Below are positions 27,806 through 40,845 of a DNA stretch of 64,000 bases, piece by piece. The translations under genes were made by a program, and so were the position numbers. Location of the stretch: the NCBI GenBank assembly GCA_028023455.1, contig JAQFVV010000003.1:16368001-16432000 (forward strand), given 5' to 3'. Below the pieces are notes generated by a model. That model was not told where the DNA came from and made no database searches. It saw nothing but the letters and a program-made list of their open reading frames with translations. Numbering within the stretch: the first letter of the stretch is position 1; each line of letters opens with the position of its first letter. This DNA is from Epiperipatus broadwayi. Lineage: Eukaryota > Animalia > Onychophora.

Positions 27806-30702
27806 CTAAAAATAAATTACATAAGCTAAAAGTTAAAAACTATGCAGATAAATATACTAAATTAACTTTTGCTAAATGTAAATTTTATAAAAATATTATT
27901 ATATAAACAAAATAAAATGTAATATCGATAATGAAGAATTTTCCCAATTTGTCAGCAAATGTTTAATTGAAGATTATTATTATTATGCTGCTCCAATTTT
28001 CAATCTATTGTCACTGATTTGCTTTCAATTAAAGCACAGTCAAGAGAGACAGTGTGAAATGAGAAAAACTGGACCCCATATTCATGAAGCAGAAACTAGA
28101 AGTGACGGCAGATTACTTAATCTGCAAAGACCATATATATATATATAAATTGATGATTCTGTGTTCTTTTCTGATTTGGGTTAAACATTATGTAACTTTC
28201 TTAACTTAAGTTTCATCTTAACTTTAACAGCCCACTGCAAGATAAAGACCTTTTTAATAGCTTCTCATAAAGAAGCATTATCTATCAGATTTTCCAATTG
28301 TCAAATAAAAAAGACTTGAGAAGTTTTCCATTCATTTTACTTTTTAGCCAAAAATATCTAGATATCCATTTATCAACCAGTATTAAATGATGGTTAAAAA
28401 ACTTTTAAGCCTTCTTAGAATCTGAAAATAATTTAAAATTTGTCTTTGGATTCAAACTCAGTTAATAGGAAATGGAAGCAGCCATGCTATTATTGCACCC
28501 ACAAAGTTTTTCCCTATGTAAACTAAATGAAATTGTGTTTTTAATTCCTTGAAGATTTCCATATGTAAATCATTTTATAATTTTTAAATTGTACATTTAT
28601 TTCTTCTATGACATCTTCTCTTTAAATCTTATCAACTATAGCTTTCATTACTAATCCATTATCTCATATAACTTTAATACCGTTTTCTTTATCCTGCTAC
28701 AACATTGTAATCTCTGATTACATTATATGTTATTTTCAATCTCTTACTGTCTAATTCTGACTTATTAATTCAACACAGATGCCAAAAATATTGCCAGATC
28801 TCTTCAAATAGAATGTGGCCTAATTCACAAACAATCTAATATTGACAGGATACTTAGAAAACTTTTTGGACCTAGTGATAAAATAACATAATGTTTTTCT
28901 ATTTCCTTAAAAAAAAAAAAAAAATTGGCACATAAGTATTTTATAATATCTAATAATTTCTTTTTCATCCTGATTATATATTCATCTTCTTTTCTGATTG
29001 GTTCATGATGTTGGATATTTATTCTAAGAATATTTTTTAATTCTAAAGTATTTTGAAAAAATGTATTCAGATATATTCAATTTTGGGAAATAAGATTCCT
29101 ATTAAAATAGTTTTTCATGTGAATTCTCGCAAACAATTTACAACATTGAATTACATGCTAAAAAAATAAAGGATAATCTCAACATCTATTTATCTTTTGG
29201 TGAGTGTGAGATTAACAGTTTTTCAAATGGCTGCAGCTTCTTTTTCAATAATGTTTAGCAGAATTTTTTTATTAAAATAATTAATAACTTCACATTATTA
29301 CAAAAGTAAATTCTGAATATGCAAAATTGTGCTCTTTATTGAAAAATACAAAATTCATAATTTTAACTAGGGATCAGCTTAGCATTTTCGTGTTATGTTC
29401 ATTAATTACACATGTGATAATTCACAAGTAGTGATGTGAGGTAAATTATTTTTGTTAATGGCAAAGTATAATTAACTCAGCCAATAACTGGATTGATACA
29501 AGATATAAAATTTTCTATCTGAATTGTATGGCACTGCTTTAATAGTGTTGAAACTATAACCTTGAATAAAGGATATTCTTACTCAAGTGCTATATCAATG
29601 CACGATTGATTCAACTGCTTTATCTAATTATGATAAAGTAGACATATATACTGATATGTTAGCAATGTAATTTCCTAATTATTAGAATAATTAAACTCAC
29701 TAGCATGTCAATAGTTTGCTTATAATTTTTTACCCTATGCTTTTAGCAGTGGACTATAAAGGTAAAACTTCCTGGATTGATTCTCAAATGACTCAAGAAT
29801 AAAAAAAAAAAAAGTTTAATTAGTAGAATAAAACTTGTATTTATAGTTCGGTGCTTGAATGTCATATTATGTTCCAAACAACTAAACATACTTATTTATT
29901 TATATAACTATGAAAGACATATAACCATGTAATAGTTGTCAAAAGTATAAAACTGAATTGAAATCTAAAAAATTATAAGAAAAAAAAGAACTCGAAGTTT
30001 AGGAAATTAATTAAAAGATAAATTTTCTGTATGCTTTAAAAAGGGAAAAAAAAATATTTGCGTATAAATCTCATATCCAATTACAGTATCAGAACTGGTT
30101 GCTTATACAAAAGTAAGCATGCTATTATTTAGAAAATTGGGAATAGGGAAACAAATAACTATAAAAGTAATGAGTCATAAAGTAAAAAAAAAAACAAAAA
30201 AAAAAAAAACAGAAGTGAAAGAGGACTCAAAGAAAAAGAATATCTAAAATGGAAATGAATAAATACAACACAATAATATAGTAGTGGATGATAGATAGAG
30301 GATAGTGTTAAATGAATATGCATGTGAAAAAAGAAAAAGAAAGACAAACAAAAATGTAAGATGAATTAAAAAAACATATACATAAAAGACATTCATGGCT
30401 AATAAAGACATGAGTGAAAGATCAATAGAAGCATTTAGAAAAGACTTTTGCCAGTAGTACAAAATTTATGATAGACACAAATTATGTGCACAAGAAGAAG
30501 TAACTTATTCTATTTACTTTAATCTAAAACTATTAATCATAAATTTACATAATCAATATTAATATGCTGATAGAGTAATAAATTATGCCTCCTAAATACA
30601 AAAAATCATACAATGCTTTGTTTGGTAATAATAATTGTTATAAATTTACAAAAAAAAAAAAAGTAATACTATTTACTTTAAAAATAAAATGCAAAACATT
30701 TA

Positions 30703-30867
<165 letters not shown>

Positions 30868-30899
30868 TTAGTAAAGTTAATGATTTTCAAGTACAATCA

Positions 30900-31079
<180 letters not shown>

Positions 31080-32149
31080 TTAAAAGAGAAATAATCTTTA
31101 CAAGTACAATCAGTAGTCAATAAGTGATTTTTCCAATTGAGCACCCTTTCTTTATCTTGATAGTAAACAGTGCACACCTGTATAAAAGAAATTATTTGAA
31201 TACTTTCATCAAAGAGAGATCCTATATATTGACTAGTGTTATTATTTCTTGGTTATTGACCTCATAATAAAAAAATTATTTAATAATAAATGAAAATGTA
31301 GACATTAGAAAAGATTTCAATATATTTATTATTTAAGAAAAGACTAAACATTTCATTTATTATTTTATTACATGCAGAAACCAACAAAATATTTGCAATC
31401 TTGTTAACATCCATTGCTCTATCTCTTTAAAATATGACAATTTAAAGCTCATTAATAATAATATTGCATATACTATGTCATTTGCAGAGACATTTGAGGC
31501 AGCGTATAACAAAGGCAGTAGCAATGATTCTAATGCCTTCTCAGATAGATATTTGTGTCTTGAAATCAAAATTAATACATATTTCTTTTTTAATGAACTA
31601 TCTATTAACATATTTTATAAACATATTGTTAAATGTATTTAGATAAAAATTTAATTTCAGGGCTGATAACTATATCTTATAAATTCTATCAATAGAAATA
31701 AATAATATCATCAAAATCCAATAAGTCAAATTTGATAATGTAATGTTTTTAATATTTTGTATGCTTACAGAAGAACTCCACAAACAAATAAGATCTTATC
31801 ACTAAAACTAAGTATTTCACCTTGAAGGCAATAAAAGAAAAATAATAAGCGATTACAGAACCAAAAACATATTATCCTAAAAACAATGAAAATATAACTC
31901 CTAATGATTTTCTTTTCTTTTTTTAATCATCCAATTGTGTACTCAATGCATGATACAAATGAATCTGGGATTTTGTAAGAGCAACTATGGCCTGGATAGT
32001 TTAGCAGAGTGAATAATAAAAATACCAGTTTAGTCAGGTGACCAGAAGTTTTGTGCTTGGGCCACCACAAGTGCTCAAATATCACATGACTTTCCAAAAA
32101 AATTATTACTATTCTGATTATATTAAGTATACATAGAGGTGCAGATTTT

Positions 32150-32650
32150 GATATGGATGGCATAACTTTTTCATTTCACTATATAAAATATCTATATTAA
32201 AATTTATCTTCTTATATCCAACCAATATGGATATCAGAATTATTTGAAATTATCTATGTTCAATGCATCTTTATATCTTATCATAAAAATAAAAAAAAAA
32301 CAATTTTATATTATAAAAATATTGACTTTATATCTATCGCAAAATTGATTTCTCGTTTCTCTCATCTTTTGTCAATAAACCAAAATTGAAATTTGAATCT
32401 GCACACTATTTTGCTCTTCCCATATCTTCAGTACTTGTATTACTCTGTATTTCAATATTCCAACTTCATTTTCATTTCCCCCAAATTTCACATTGCAATA
32501 GCCTAATATCAATTATCTCTTCCTCTTTAAAATGATACATTCCATATTTTTTAGATTATCAGTAAACAATTTATATAACTATCATTTTCATAACTCAATT
32601 TGCTTACTCATCCTTTTCTTAGTTTCCAATAATGCTATACTCAATATATT
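32150..32650 (-). mobile_element. Old LINE endonuclease remnant
   Basis: Minus-strand ..ILGYCNVKF.. (~32480-32510) resembles the APE-endonuclease DILGLxEVRW motif. Heavily decayed; boundaries approximate. Confidence 0.3.
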
Positions 32651-34062
32651 AAAATAAAAATTATTGTATATTACCATATAATAATTATGAGGTCAATGAT
32701 AACCATATTTATTCATTTACAAACGATTATTATGATGATGATATGAATAAACATTTGAGTGAATCCCATTATTATTAATATCACCATTTGTAAATAAGTA
32801 CGGCCAAAATAAAAAGATAAAAAGAAAAGAATCAAAAGTTAAAAAACAAAAAGAGAGAAAAAAAGGTTGGAGTCAGAATCGACGTGCATATAATTAAAGG
32901 ATGGAATCATACAATTCCAATGTCACAATTACACATCTGAAAACATATGTACTTATATCTACGTGTGTATATATTTAAAGGATGTTTAAAATGGAAATAT
33001 TTAATGTGTGGAGTTATCCATTTATAATTACTCAATTAGAAAGCACGCAACCTAGAAATGTTCTTTTGTTTTGGACGAATTATGAATGTCAAAGAAAAAA
33101 GCAGTAAACATTTTACAGTATTGTGAATAAAAAAATCAAGCATAAACAATAATGAAAAAGTTGTATTGATAGTTCGTTTTTTTTTTACTAATATTTAGTA
33201 TTTATCTATTTTTTAATATTATTCACATATATCTAAAATTGGGTTTATGTAAATGTCTGAAGGATTATTACCACTAAGTTTCACTGAATTAAAAACTGAA
33301 TTTCTACATTGACATGTAAGGCTTTCAAATTTTTAGAATGATCCAAAATATCTCCACAGCAAGTAGTAAAAGCTTAACATAACATAAAGATTATAAACAT
33401 TATTCAAACTGGTGATAAGAGTTTAGATTACATCCGGCCAATAAGAAGTGATTGTCAAAATCTAGATAGTGTGGGTCAGCTGCTATTTATGATTTATGTA
33501 TACTTCCACTTATTGACAATGTGTGATTTAAATAATTCTCATTATATGCTTTATAAAGCATTATTTTTATCTTTATGCACACATACAGTATATATAAATA
33601 AACATATAAAATTGTTATCTTACATATTCTCTGTCAAAAGTCAATTATCTAGATAATGCCTGCATGTCATCAAATAATCTTATATTGCACTTATAGTTTT
33701 TAGTGAACTCAGAAATATTACTGAATTTCTAAAATTAATTTTCATATGAAAAATTTTTATATTAGTTTTATCTGTTGCCAGTTCTGAAAGTCAGTCTGTA
33801 CAGATTAAATCAAGAAAAAAGTTTGGTAATTATTGATTGTCATTATCAAATTACACATACAAATATAAAAATGCATTGTAATGATGCTTAAATACCACTC
33901 TTGTAAAAAGATGTAAATTTAAAAAAAAAAAAAAATAGTAATAAAGAAAATAATTAACATCAAATAGTAAAAATAAATTAATAAAATTGTGATACAAAAA
34001 AAAAAGACTCTCAAAGACTGTAAGCAGATGCTGTATGTTCATTTCAAATATTTGAAACTTAC

Positions 34063-34124
34063 CCTCCTTTAACAAAATCAAGAAAGGTAGGTTCTACATC
34101 AATTCTACTAGCAAGTAACTGAAT
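34063..34124 (-). CDS. CPNE: Copine exon (IQLLASRIDVEPTFLDFVKG|G)
   Basis: AG/GTAAGT, 62 nt. C2B-vWA linker ..TFLDF.KGG. Confidence 0.95.
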
Positions 34125-34240
34125 CTAAAATTGTAAATAATGAACAAAATAAGATACTAAATGGTATGTAGTAGTTTTTTTTTTTTTTAAAAAAAAAAAA
34201 ACAAATCAGTATAAATTATATATATAAAAAAAAGACTTAC

Positions 34241-34294
34241 AATTCCTGAATTTTTATAATTCTTCTTTTTTGCCTTCTTTTTTGGATTGATACA
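34241..34294 (-). CDS. CPNE: Copine exon (CINPKKKAKKKNYKNSGI)
   Basis: AG/GTAAGT, 54 nt. Lys-rich C2B motif CINPKK..KKK.Y.NSG. Confidence 0.97.
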
Positions 34295-35209
34295 CTAAAA
34301 ATAATAATAAAGTCAAATAAAAATATAACAACCACATTACTACTATCTTTTATTATAGAAAATAATTAAATTACTACATCTGCATTAAAAATAAAATAAT
34401 CATTCTCTATATTATATTTCAAAGCCGTTTATTTTAAGCAGTAGATACTAAATGCTGTGCCACACTCTAATTAGTTTCACCAATCAGAAACAATAAAATT
34501 GCACCCGCACATTTGGCAACTATTTTTACTTCTCTTATTAACATGAGGTTCAGACATTTACAGCTTTGAACCCAAATTAACTATGACACTAGACCAGCAA
34601 CTATATACTTTTGGCATCTCAGTTTTAAACTAATCATATGAGTAACTTAAAAGCTTTGCTAAAAAAATTATATACCAAAGAAAGCATCACAAGACTTCTC
34701 TGTTTATTTTATCATTATCAAAATTAATTTACTCCATTTACTCTACTTCAGCTCCACTGTTTACAAGCTGGAACAATAAACAGTTGCATGCCAATAGTAC
34801 CACACCTACTACTCTCATGTAAACAATGCCATTGTCTAATGAAAATATATTTACTGCCATCTAAAAAGTTTTAATTTAATTAATACGATATTATGAATAA
34901 GAGACAGCAAGTCAAAACTTTAATACAATTTACTCTTTTTAAAGACAAGTATCAACTGACTATAAAAGAAGATCATAAAATAACAATTCTTTTATAAAAG
35001 TTCCACGTGGCAATCATACTAAAACAAAAAAATTATTGCGATGTGTTTTTGATTAACTTAAAAACGCATTGTACAGGCACAGGTTTTGATTCCATCTAAA
35101 ACAATAGTGCCACTTATCTTCTATGTTCATAAGCCAATAATCTATGAGTAAACTTATTACACAATAAATAGCAGTGCAACCAGGCTCCTATTGTGAGAGA
35201 GACTCAGAA

Positions 35210-35950
35210 ATGTGCTGATGATTATATGTCAGTAGATAAAGAGAAACTGAAAAAGTTTAAAAAAATTAATGTGTTTAATGAGAAAGAAAAAGATGTAGTA
35301 AATATCATCATTTTATAATGATTGAATTAATGATATTTTATAGCTAAGTAATAAAATTATTCAAAAGATTGACTGGGATGGATGGGAAATAAGCAAGGAG
35401 ATTAAATTGAATAGATTAAGTAATTTACTGAAATAATTATGAAAAATGATGATTTTAAAAGTTAAGAAGAGTAGATGGATACAGTGAAAAATGAAAGCAA
35501 AAAAATCTTTAGAAAGTGTAAAGAAAAAAAGAACATATATAGGAATTATAGAGGTTATTGAGAGGCAAATGGGAGAAGTCAAAGTAAGATTAAAACAGAA
35601 TAATAACACAAATGCAGTGAATTTAATTTTAAGAGAAAAAATTAAAAGTGCAGAAAAATTGTAAAACTTTATTAATTGAAGAAATAAAGAAAAAAATATA
35701 TTATTAAATGCAAAGAATTAACAATAGGGAAGAAGATAAAAATATTTAATGAATTTGTAAGGAGAGTTTGTATGAAAATATGATTCATTAAAGAATGTAA
35801 TTTATAAAATCATGGATTAAAATGCTGGATGCAGAATTGAATGAAGCAATAAATAGCTACAAAAAAATAAGAAGATTATGGCAGTTGACATGATAATAGA
35901 TATGGGAAAATATGCAAAGCCTGATTTAAAAAAAAAATTATAACATTTTA
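35210..35950 (+). mobile_element. Old LINE RT C-terminal remnant
   Basis: TGT GCT GAT GAT (CADD, from YADD) at 35211-35222 followed by purine-rich decayed coding-like sequence. Boundaries approximate. Confidence 0.4.
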
Positions 35951-36947
35951 ATATAATAATAAAATTTTGGATGAATGAAACAGTATGAGACATTAATTGC
36001 TAACTAACTATAGATCAGCAGCAATAACTTCAATGGTTCATGAATTATTTATATATATATATTATACCGAATAGTCTAAAGAGTCTTATGGCTTGGCCAG
36101 GTAACCAAATGTACCAGAAGACTTATTCATGCCTAGTTGGGTCTGCAAATATACTAGATAGATTTAGATTTTAAACAGACTTCACCACTCGGATAACCAC
36201 ATATAATTAATCACCTAAATTTATCCCATGTATTTATGATTTTGACAGACAGACTGATTAGACTTCTCATCATAATTCTTCTGGCACTTGGTTCATGTGA
36301 GGAAGAATGATTTATAATTAATGAGTGTCAGCTATTATAAACATTATGGAATTTTCATCATAACACATTAAATTAACCTCACTATTATTTCTAGACCTGG
36401 AATTATCCATAATGCTAGATCTTCTATAATTAATTTACTTTAGTATAACTAATTTTATAAATCATACCTACACAATACACTTATCTCTCAGATTATAACA
36501 TTTTATATCTAGTTTGCAATGCTTATTAAGAGTGATTAATTCTTTAACAAAGATAATTTTTATAGATACTAATTGAAGGGATTAAATTAAAGAGAAATGA
36601 TTTCACCCTTTTAACATATGCGCCCTACTGATTTTATAATAACTCAATGCTGTTGAGTCAGAGGATATTCTCAAACCCAAACACAAGACAGAGACTTGAT
36701 AAAGATAAGAACTGTTCCTTATCTTGGTTTGATAAAGTAAAGATGTTACTCTGTTCACTTTTGCATCATTACCTTCTTACATACATTAATATTCGCAAAA
36801 CTTTCAATTTGCTACATATTAATATTATGAATTAATAAAAATTATGTAACATTCAGATTTATTTATTAGCAAGTAGATCATATGAAATTAAAGAGAAAGG
36901 ATTGGTTCGAAGAGTGATGTTCATTATCATCTTTATTATCTTTGATT

Positions 36948-37890
36948 AACTGAAACACAGGCTTATTATATACCTGTGTCTATATATGTAATATATAGGG
37001 TATATGAGGACAGACTTTCACACGACCCACCACTCTCCATTCTATCTCATAACACTGATACACTTGAACACATATATGCTGAAAAAATCTCTACACATAT
37101 ATGCTATAAGTGCTCAGATATATATTAAGATAGCCAATCTTCATATTTTAATGGACAGGCTTCAATCTACTCCACACTCCAATTCTTCAACCGTCCATCC
37201 AATTGAAAATCTGATGATGGAATGCTCAAAGGCCACCCTGATGCCGAGATTCTTGTCATACCCATGTTGACCTAAGGCTCAATCTGACCCCTCATGTACA
37301 TGACAAATCCATTTAATACATATACAAGGGATGGGCAGACATCTCTACTATGTAATAACTGAAACTCAGGCTTATGAGATAGATTGGAGAGTGGTGGGTT
37401 GTGTGAAAGTCTGTGCTCATATACCCTATATATTACATATTAAGCCTGTGTTTCAGTTATTACATAGTAGAAATGTCTGCCCATCCCTTGCATATGTATT
37501 AAATGGATTAGGACCTGTACATGAGGGGTCAGATTGAGCCTTAAGTCAACATGGGTGTGACTAGAATCTCGGCATCAGGGTGGCCTTTGAGCATTCCATC
37601 ATCAGATTTTCAATTGGATGGACGGTTGAAGAATTGGAGTGTGAAGTAGACTGAAGCCTGTCCATTAAAGTATGAAGATTGGCTATCTTAATATATATCT
37701 GAGCACTTATAGCATTATATGTGTAGAGATGGTAATATGGACCAACTGATGATTGCTGGTTTAGCATGAAATATGAATATTGGTGATTATTTATCTTTTC
37801 AACATATATGTGTTCAAGGGTATCAGTGTTATGAGATAGAGTGGAGAGTGATGGGTCATGTGAAAGTCTGTGTTCATGTATCCTATATAT
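36948..37890. repeat. Nested long inverted repeat (foldback): A-B-C | A' | C'-spacer-B'-A''
   Basis: 37088-37374 is the reverse complement of 37441-37730 with few mismatches. The ~66-nt centre and the distal 37829-37890 are both reverse complements of ~36985-37052. This explains the shared peptide in ORFs 37004..37270(+) and 37561..38040(-). Confidence 0.93.
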
Positions 37891-38039
37891 CTTTGATTCT
37901 AAAAAGAACTGGACCTTGAAAAAGATTAGAAATAGACAGGGATTCTTATAGTTAGAATCTTTTTTTTCTTTAAGGTAATATAACATTTTTTGAAAATAAC
38001 AGAGATGTAGAATTGTTATTAGAAAAATATATGAAGACA

Positions 38040-38900
38040 TGAAGAATATAAAAATTAAATCTTATGAAAAAAAATCTAAGATCATGGTATTTAATGGGGC
38101 TGGGGGGGGGGGGATACTGATGTATGGAAAATATTTTTCAGTGGATTAGTTATTTAGATATTTTGGTAAATAAAAATAGTAAAGTTGAGGGAGGAAAAAC
38201 ATCCAGTGACACTGATTACAAAACTGGCATTATCCTCATTTAATAAAAATAAGGTGTGTAAAATTATTTGGGAGTGATGATACTTTAACATTTGGAAATG
38301 TAAATTTTTCACGTGAGTAAAAAAAACCCAAACAAGTTGATAGATATGCATTGGGTAGTTAAATGTCAAAAGCAAATGAAGTTATTTGAGATAAGATAGA
38401 TGATTTTCTTTTTATTGAAAGAAATCAAAAGGAAATTGCTTAAAAGGTTGCAATATATGAATGGAAATAGATTAGTAAAGGTAGTATTTATTTGGATTAC
38501 AATGAAAAGACAACAAACACTTTGAATAAGAAACATTTTACAATATGGAAAGTTAATAGAAAAACAATTTCCATACATTTATATAAGAAATAGGAAAATT
38601 GTTTAGAGAATGTACTTTAGATAAAAAAAGAGGATAAATTTATTAGCAAAAAAAAAAAAAAAGAAGTTATAAAAAATGAATATGAATAAAATAAGTTTCC
38701 CAGATTATATAATAACAATATAATTATATAATAAAATATTAAAGGAAGAATAATATTAGAGAGTATTTATTATTTAGTGCAAGAATAGAAACTTTAGAAA
38801 CATGGAAAGAAAATAAAAGTGGAATTAAGTGTTTTGATTGTAGATATAGTTTATGTGATTATTGAATATCAGAGGATTAAGATAAGCTATATAAGAGAGG
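38040..38900 (+). mobile_element. Old LINE RT C-terminal remnant
   Basis: KSKIMVFNG (from 38072) and LFRYFG (~38150-38167) resemble the post-YADD KTKxM..FKYLG motifs. Boundaries approximate. Confidence 0.45.
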
Positions 38901-39520
38901 AGTAATTTAAAGATAAAGAGAATAAAAGAGATAGAGATTTTATAATTTTTGTTTACATCTTTAAAATATGAGAATGGAACAATTGAAATAGCTTTTATTA
39001 AAATGGGATAAAATAAGAAAAGAATTGTTGCTGGAAAAATAATTGGCTAATAACTTTACTGTAATCTGGAAGGATTTTGGAGGGTGAGAATGTTTAAATA
39101 AGCTAATAGGACTTCTGATCATATAGCCTATTCAAAAAAAAATCTGATTTTGTTTAAGGGAAACTATTTTACATCACACTACTAATTTTTAGTAAATCAC
39201 ACTTTTTCCCACAGAAGACTCTGGATATGCAGAGAAACCTTTGATTTAACTCCCAACTTACATCACCGCTTTTGGAATTGGAAGAGAGATGTCGCTACTG
39301 TCAACTTATGCCAGCTAGAAAGAATACTGGGAGAAGGAATAATTATAAGTGTTTTTTAATCTATTTCATATATAAATCAGGCTATAATTAGTCCATCTCT
39401 CCAGCTTGTGACAAAAATTCCATGGTAATTTTTATACATTATTTCTTTACAAATCAACATCATTATTAGCATCCACTCTTAAATAATTATGGACATTCTA
39501 ATTATAGAAAAAAACAACTA

Positions 39521-40845
39521 CACCCAGGTCTCATTTTATGCGGATTTATTTAATGCGATTTTGAAGTTATGCGATTCATGATTCTTCTTAATATCTTTGT
39601 ATGCGGTTTTCTTTTATGCGATAAAAATTATTTGATCAGAAGTGAGCTCCGATAATGCACTATTACTTTAAATATTATAAATTTCGCGCACTCATGTCAT
39701 ATTTAAAGTAATAGCGCATTATCGGAGTTCGACTTCCATCTAATAATTTCAATATTTTCAGCGCTTTATAATAGTACTGTAATAGATTTTATGTAATAAA
39801 GAAGTTCATAATTCACTTAAAATCAGAATTTCCCCATTTTATATACACACATTAAATTTTACAAGAACTATAATGTAAATCTGTTCAAACGTTATAGATG
39901 AAAAATACTATGTTTGTTGTTGTTTTTGCGTTTTAAATCATGTTCTATTTTTGCTTTTTATAAAACGAGTACGTAATCAATTAATCATTTAGTGTCCGCA
40001 AGTTTATTTTTAAAAGGTGAGTAACAGCGGTGGGCACAATTAAATTTGACAATTAAAATCTGATTGTTAATAGTAATTAACAATTTAAAAATTACGTAAC
40101 GTGATCTGAAATGAATTTGATATGAAACGATGAAATTTGATTTTTAAACGGAATTGAAAATTAAAAAATTAAAGACAAAAATAAGAATTTAATTTTTAAT
40201 TGTTAGTTTTAATAAAATTTTGCCAATAGTGGTGGGTCGGTGTCTTTTTATTATCCTTAAGTCTAAGTTCTTAAATTTTAAACTTTTAGTTTACTCTAAT
40301 GGAGAAAAAAAAAAACACCCAAGAAAATGAATTTCTTTGGAATCAAAAATTTCAATTTTAGATCACTTAGCGAAATGGGAAGGATCAATAGCGATTGGAA
40401 AACGTTTTAGTTGTATTTCCTCTTGACTTCGTTTAAGGAGAAGCTACAGTACCTCACATCACATCACATCATGACGAATCTGATGTCTCAAATAGCGATA
40501 ATAATTAAAATACCGCACATGTATGAAAGAAATGTAAATTACGCATAAAAATATATTGTTTTGAATAAAATTAAATACTGTAGTTAATAAAAAAAGTAAA
40601 AAAAGTTTGTGTTGTATCAATTTTTTTCAAATTGGAAATTTTTTATTAGTCATATTTTATTTTCTTATTTTATTTTATGCGAATTTTAAAGTAATTTTAC
40701 GTTGTTGCTTTGCTTTTATGCGATTTTTGGAAAATTACAGTCCGTATCCCCTTTTTTTCAAGGTAAGTTACGTTTATTTTTGTGCGATTTCTTTTGTGTG
40801 CATTTTCTGAGGAACCTATCTACCGCATAAAACGAGACCCAGGTG
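39521..40845 (+). mobile_element. Tigger/pogo-like DNA transposon, copy 2 (internally deleted, transposase HTH remnant)
   Basis: TA flanks at 39519-39520 and 40846-40847. TIRs CACCCAGGTCTCATTTTATGCGG and CACCTGGGTCTCGTTTTATGCGG. ISLESKISILDHLAKWEGSIAIGKRFS (40331-40411) resembles a CENP-B N-terminal HTH. CpG-rich. Confidence 0.85.

Noticed and set aside
37004-38040. ORFs 37004..37270(+) and 37561..38040(-) sharing a ~50-aa peptide, suggesting paralogous small genes
   Set aside because: The identity follows automatically from the inverted repeat. The peptide has no recognisable domain and no splice or promoter support.
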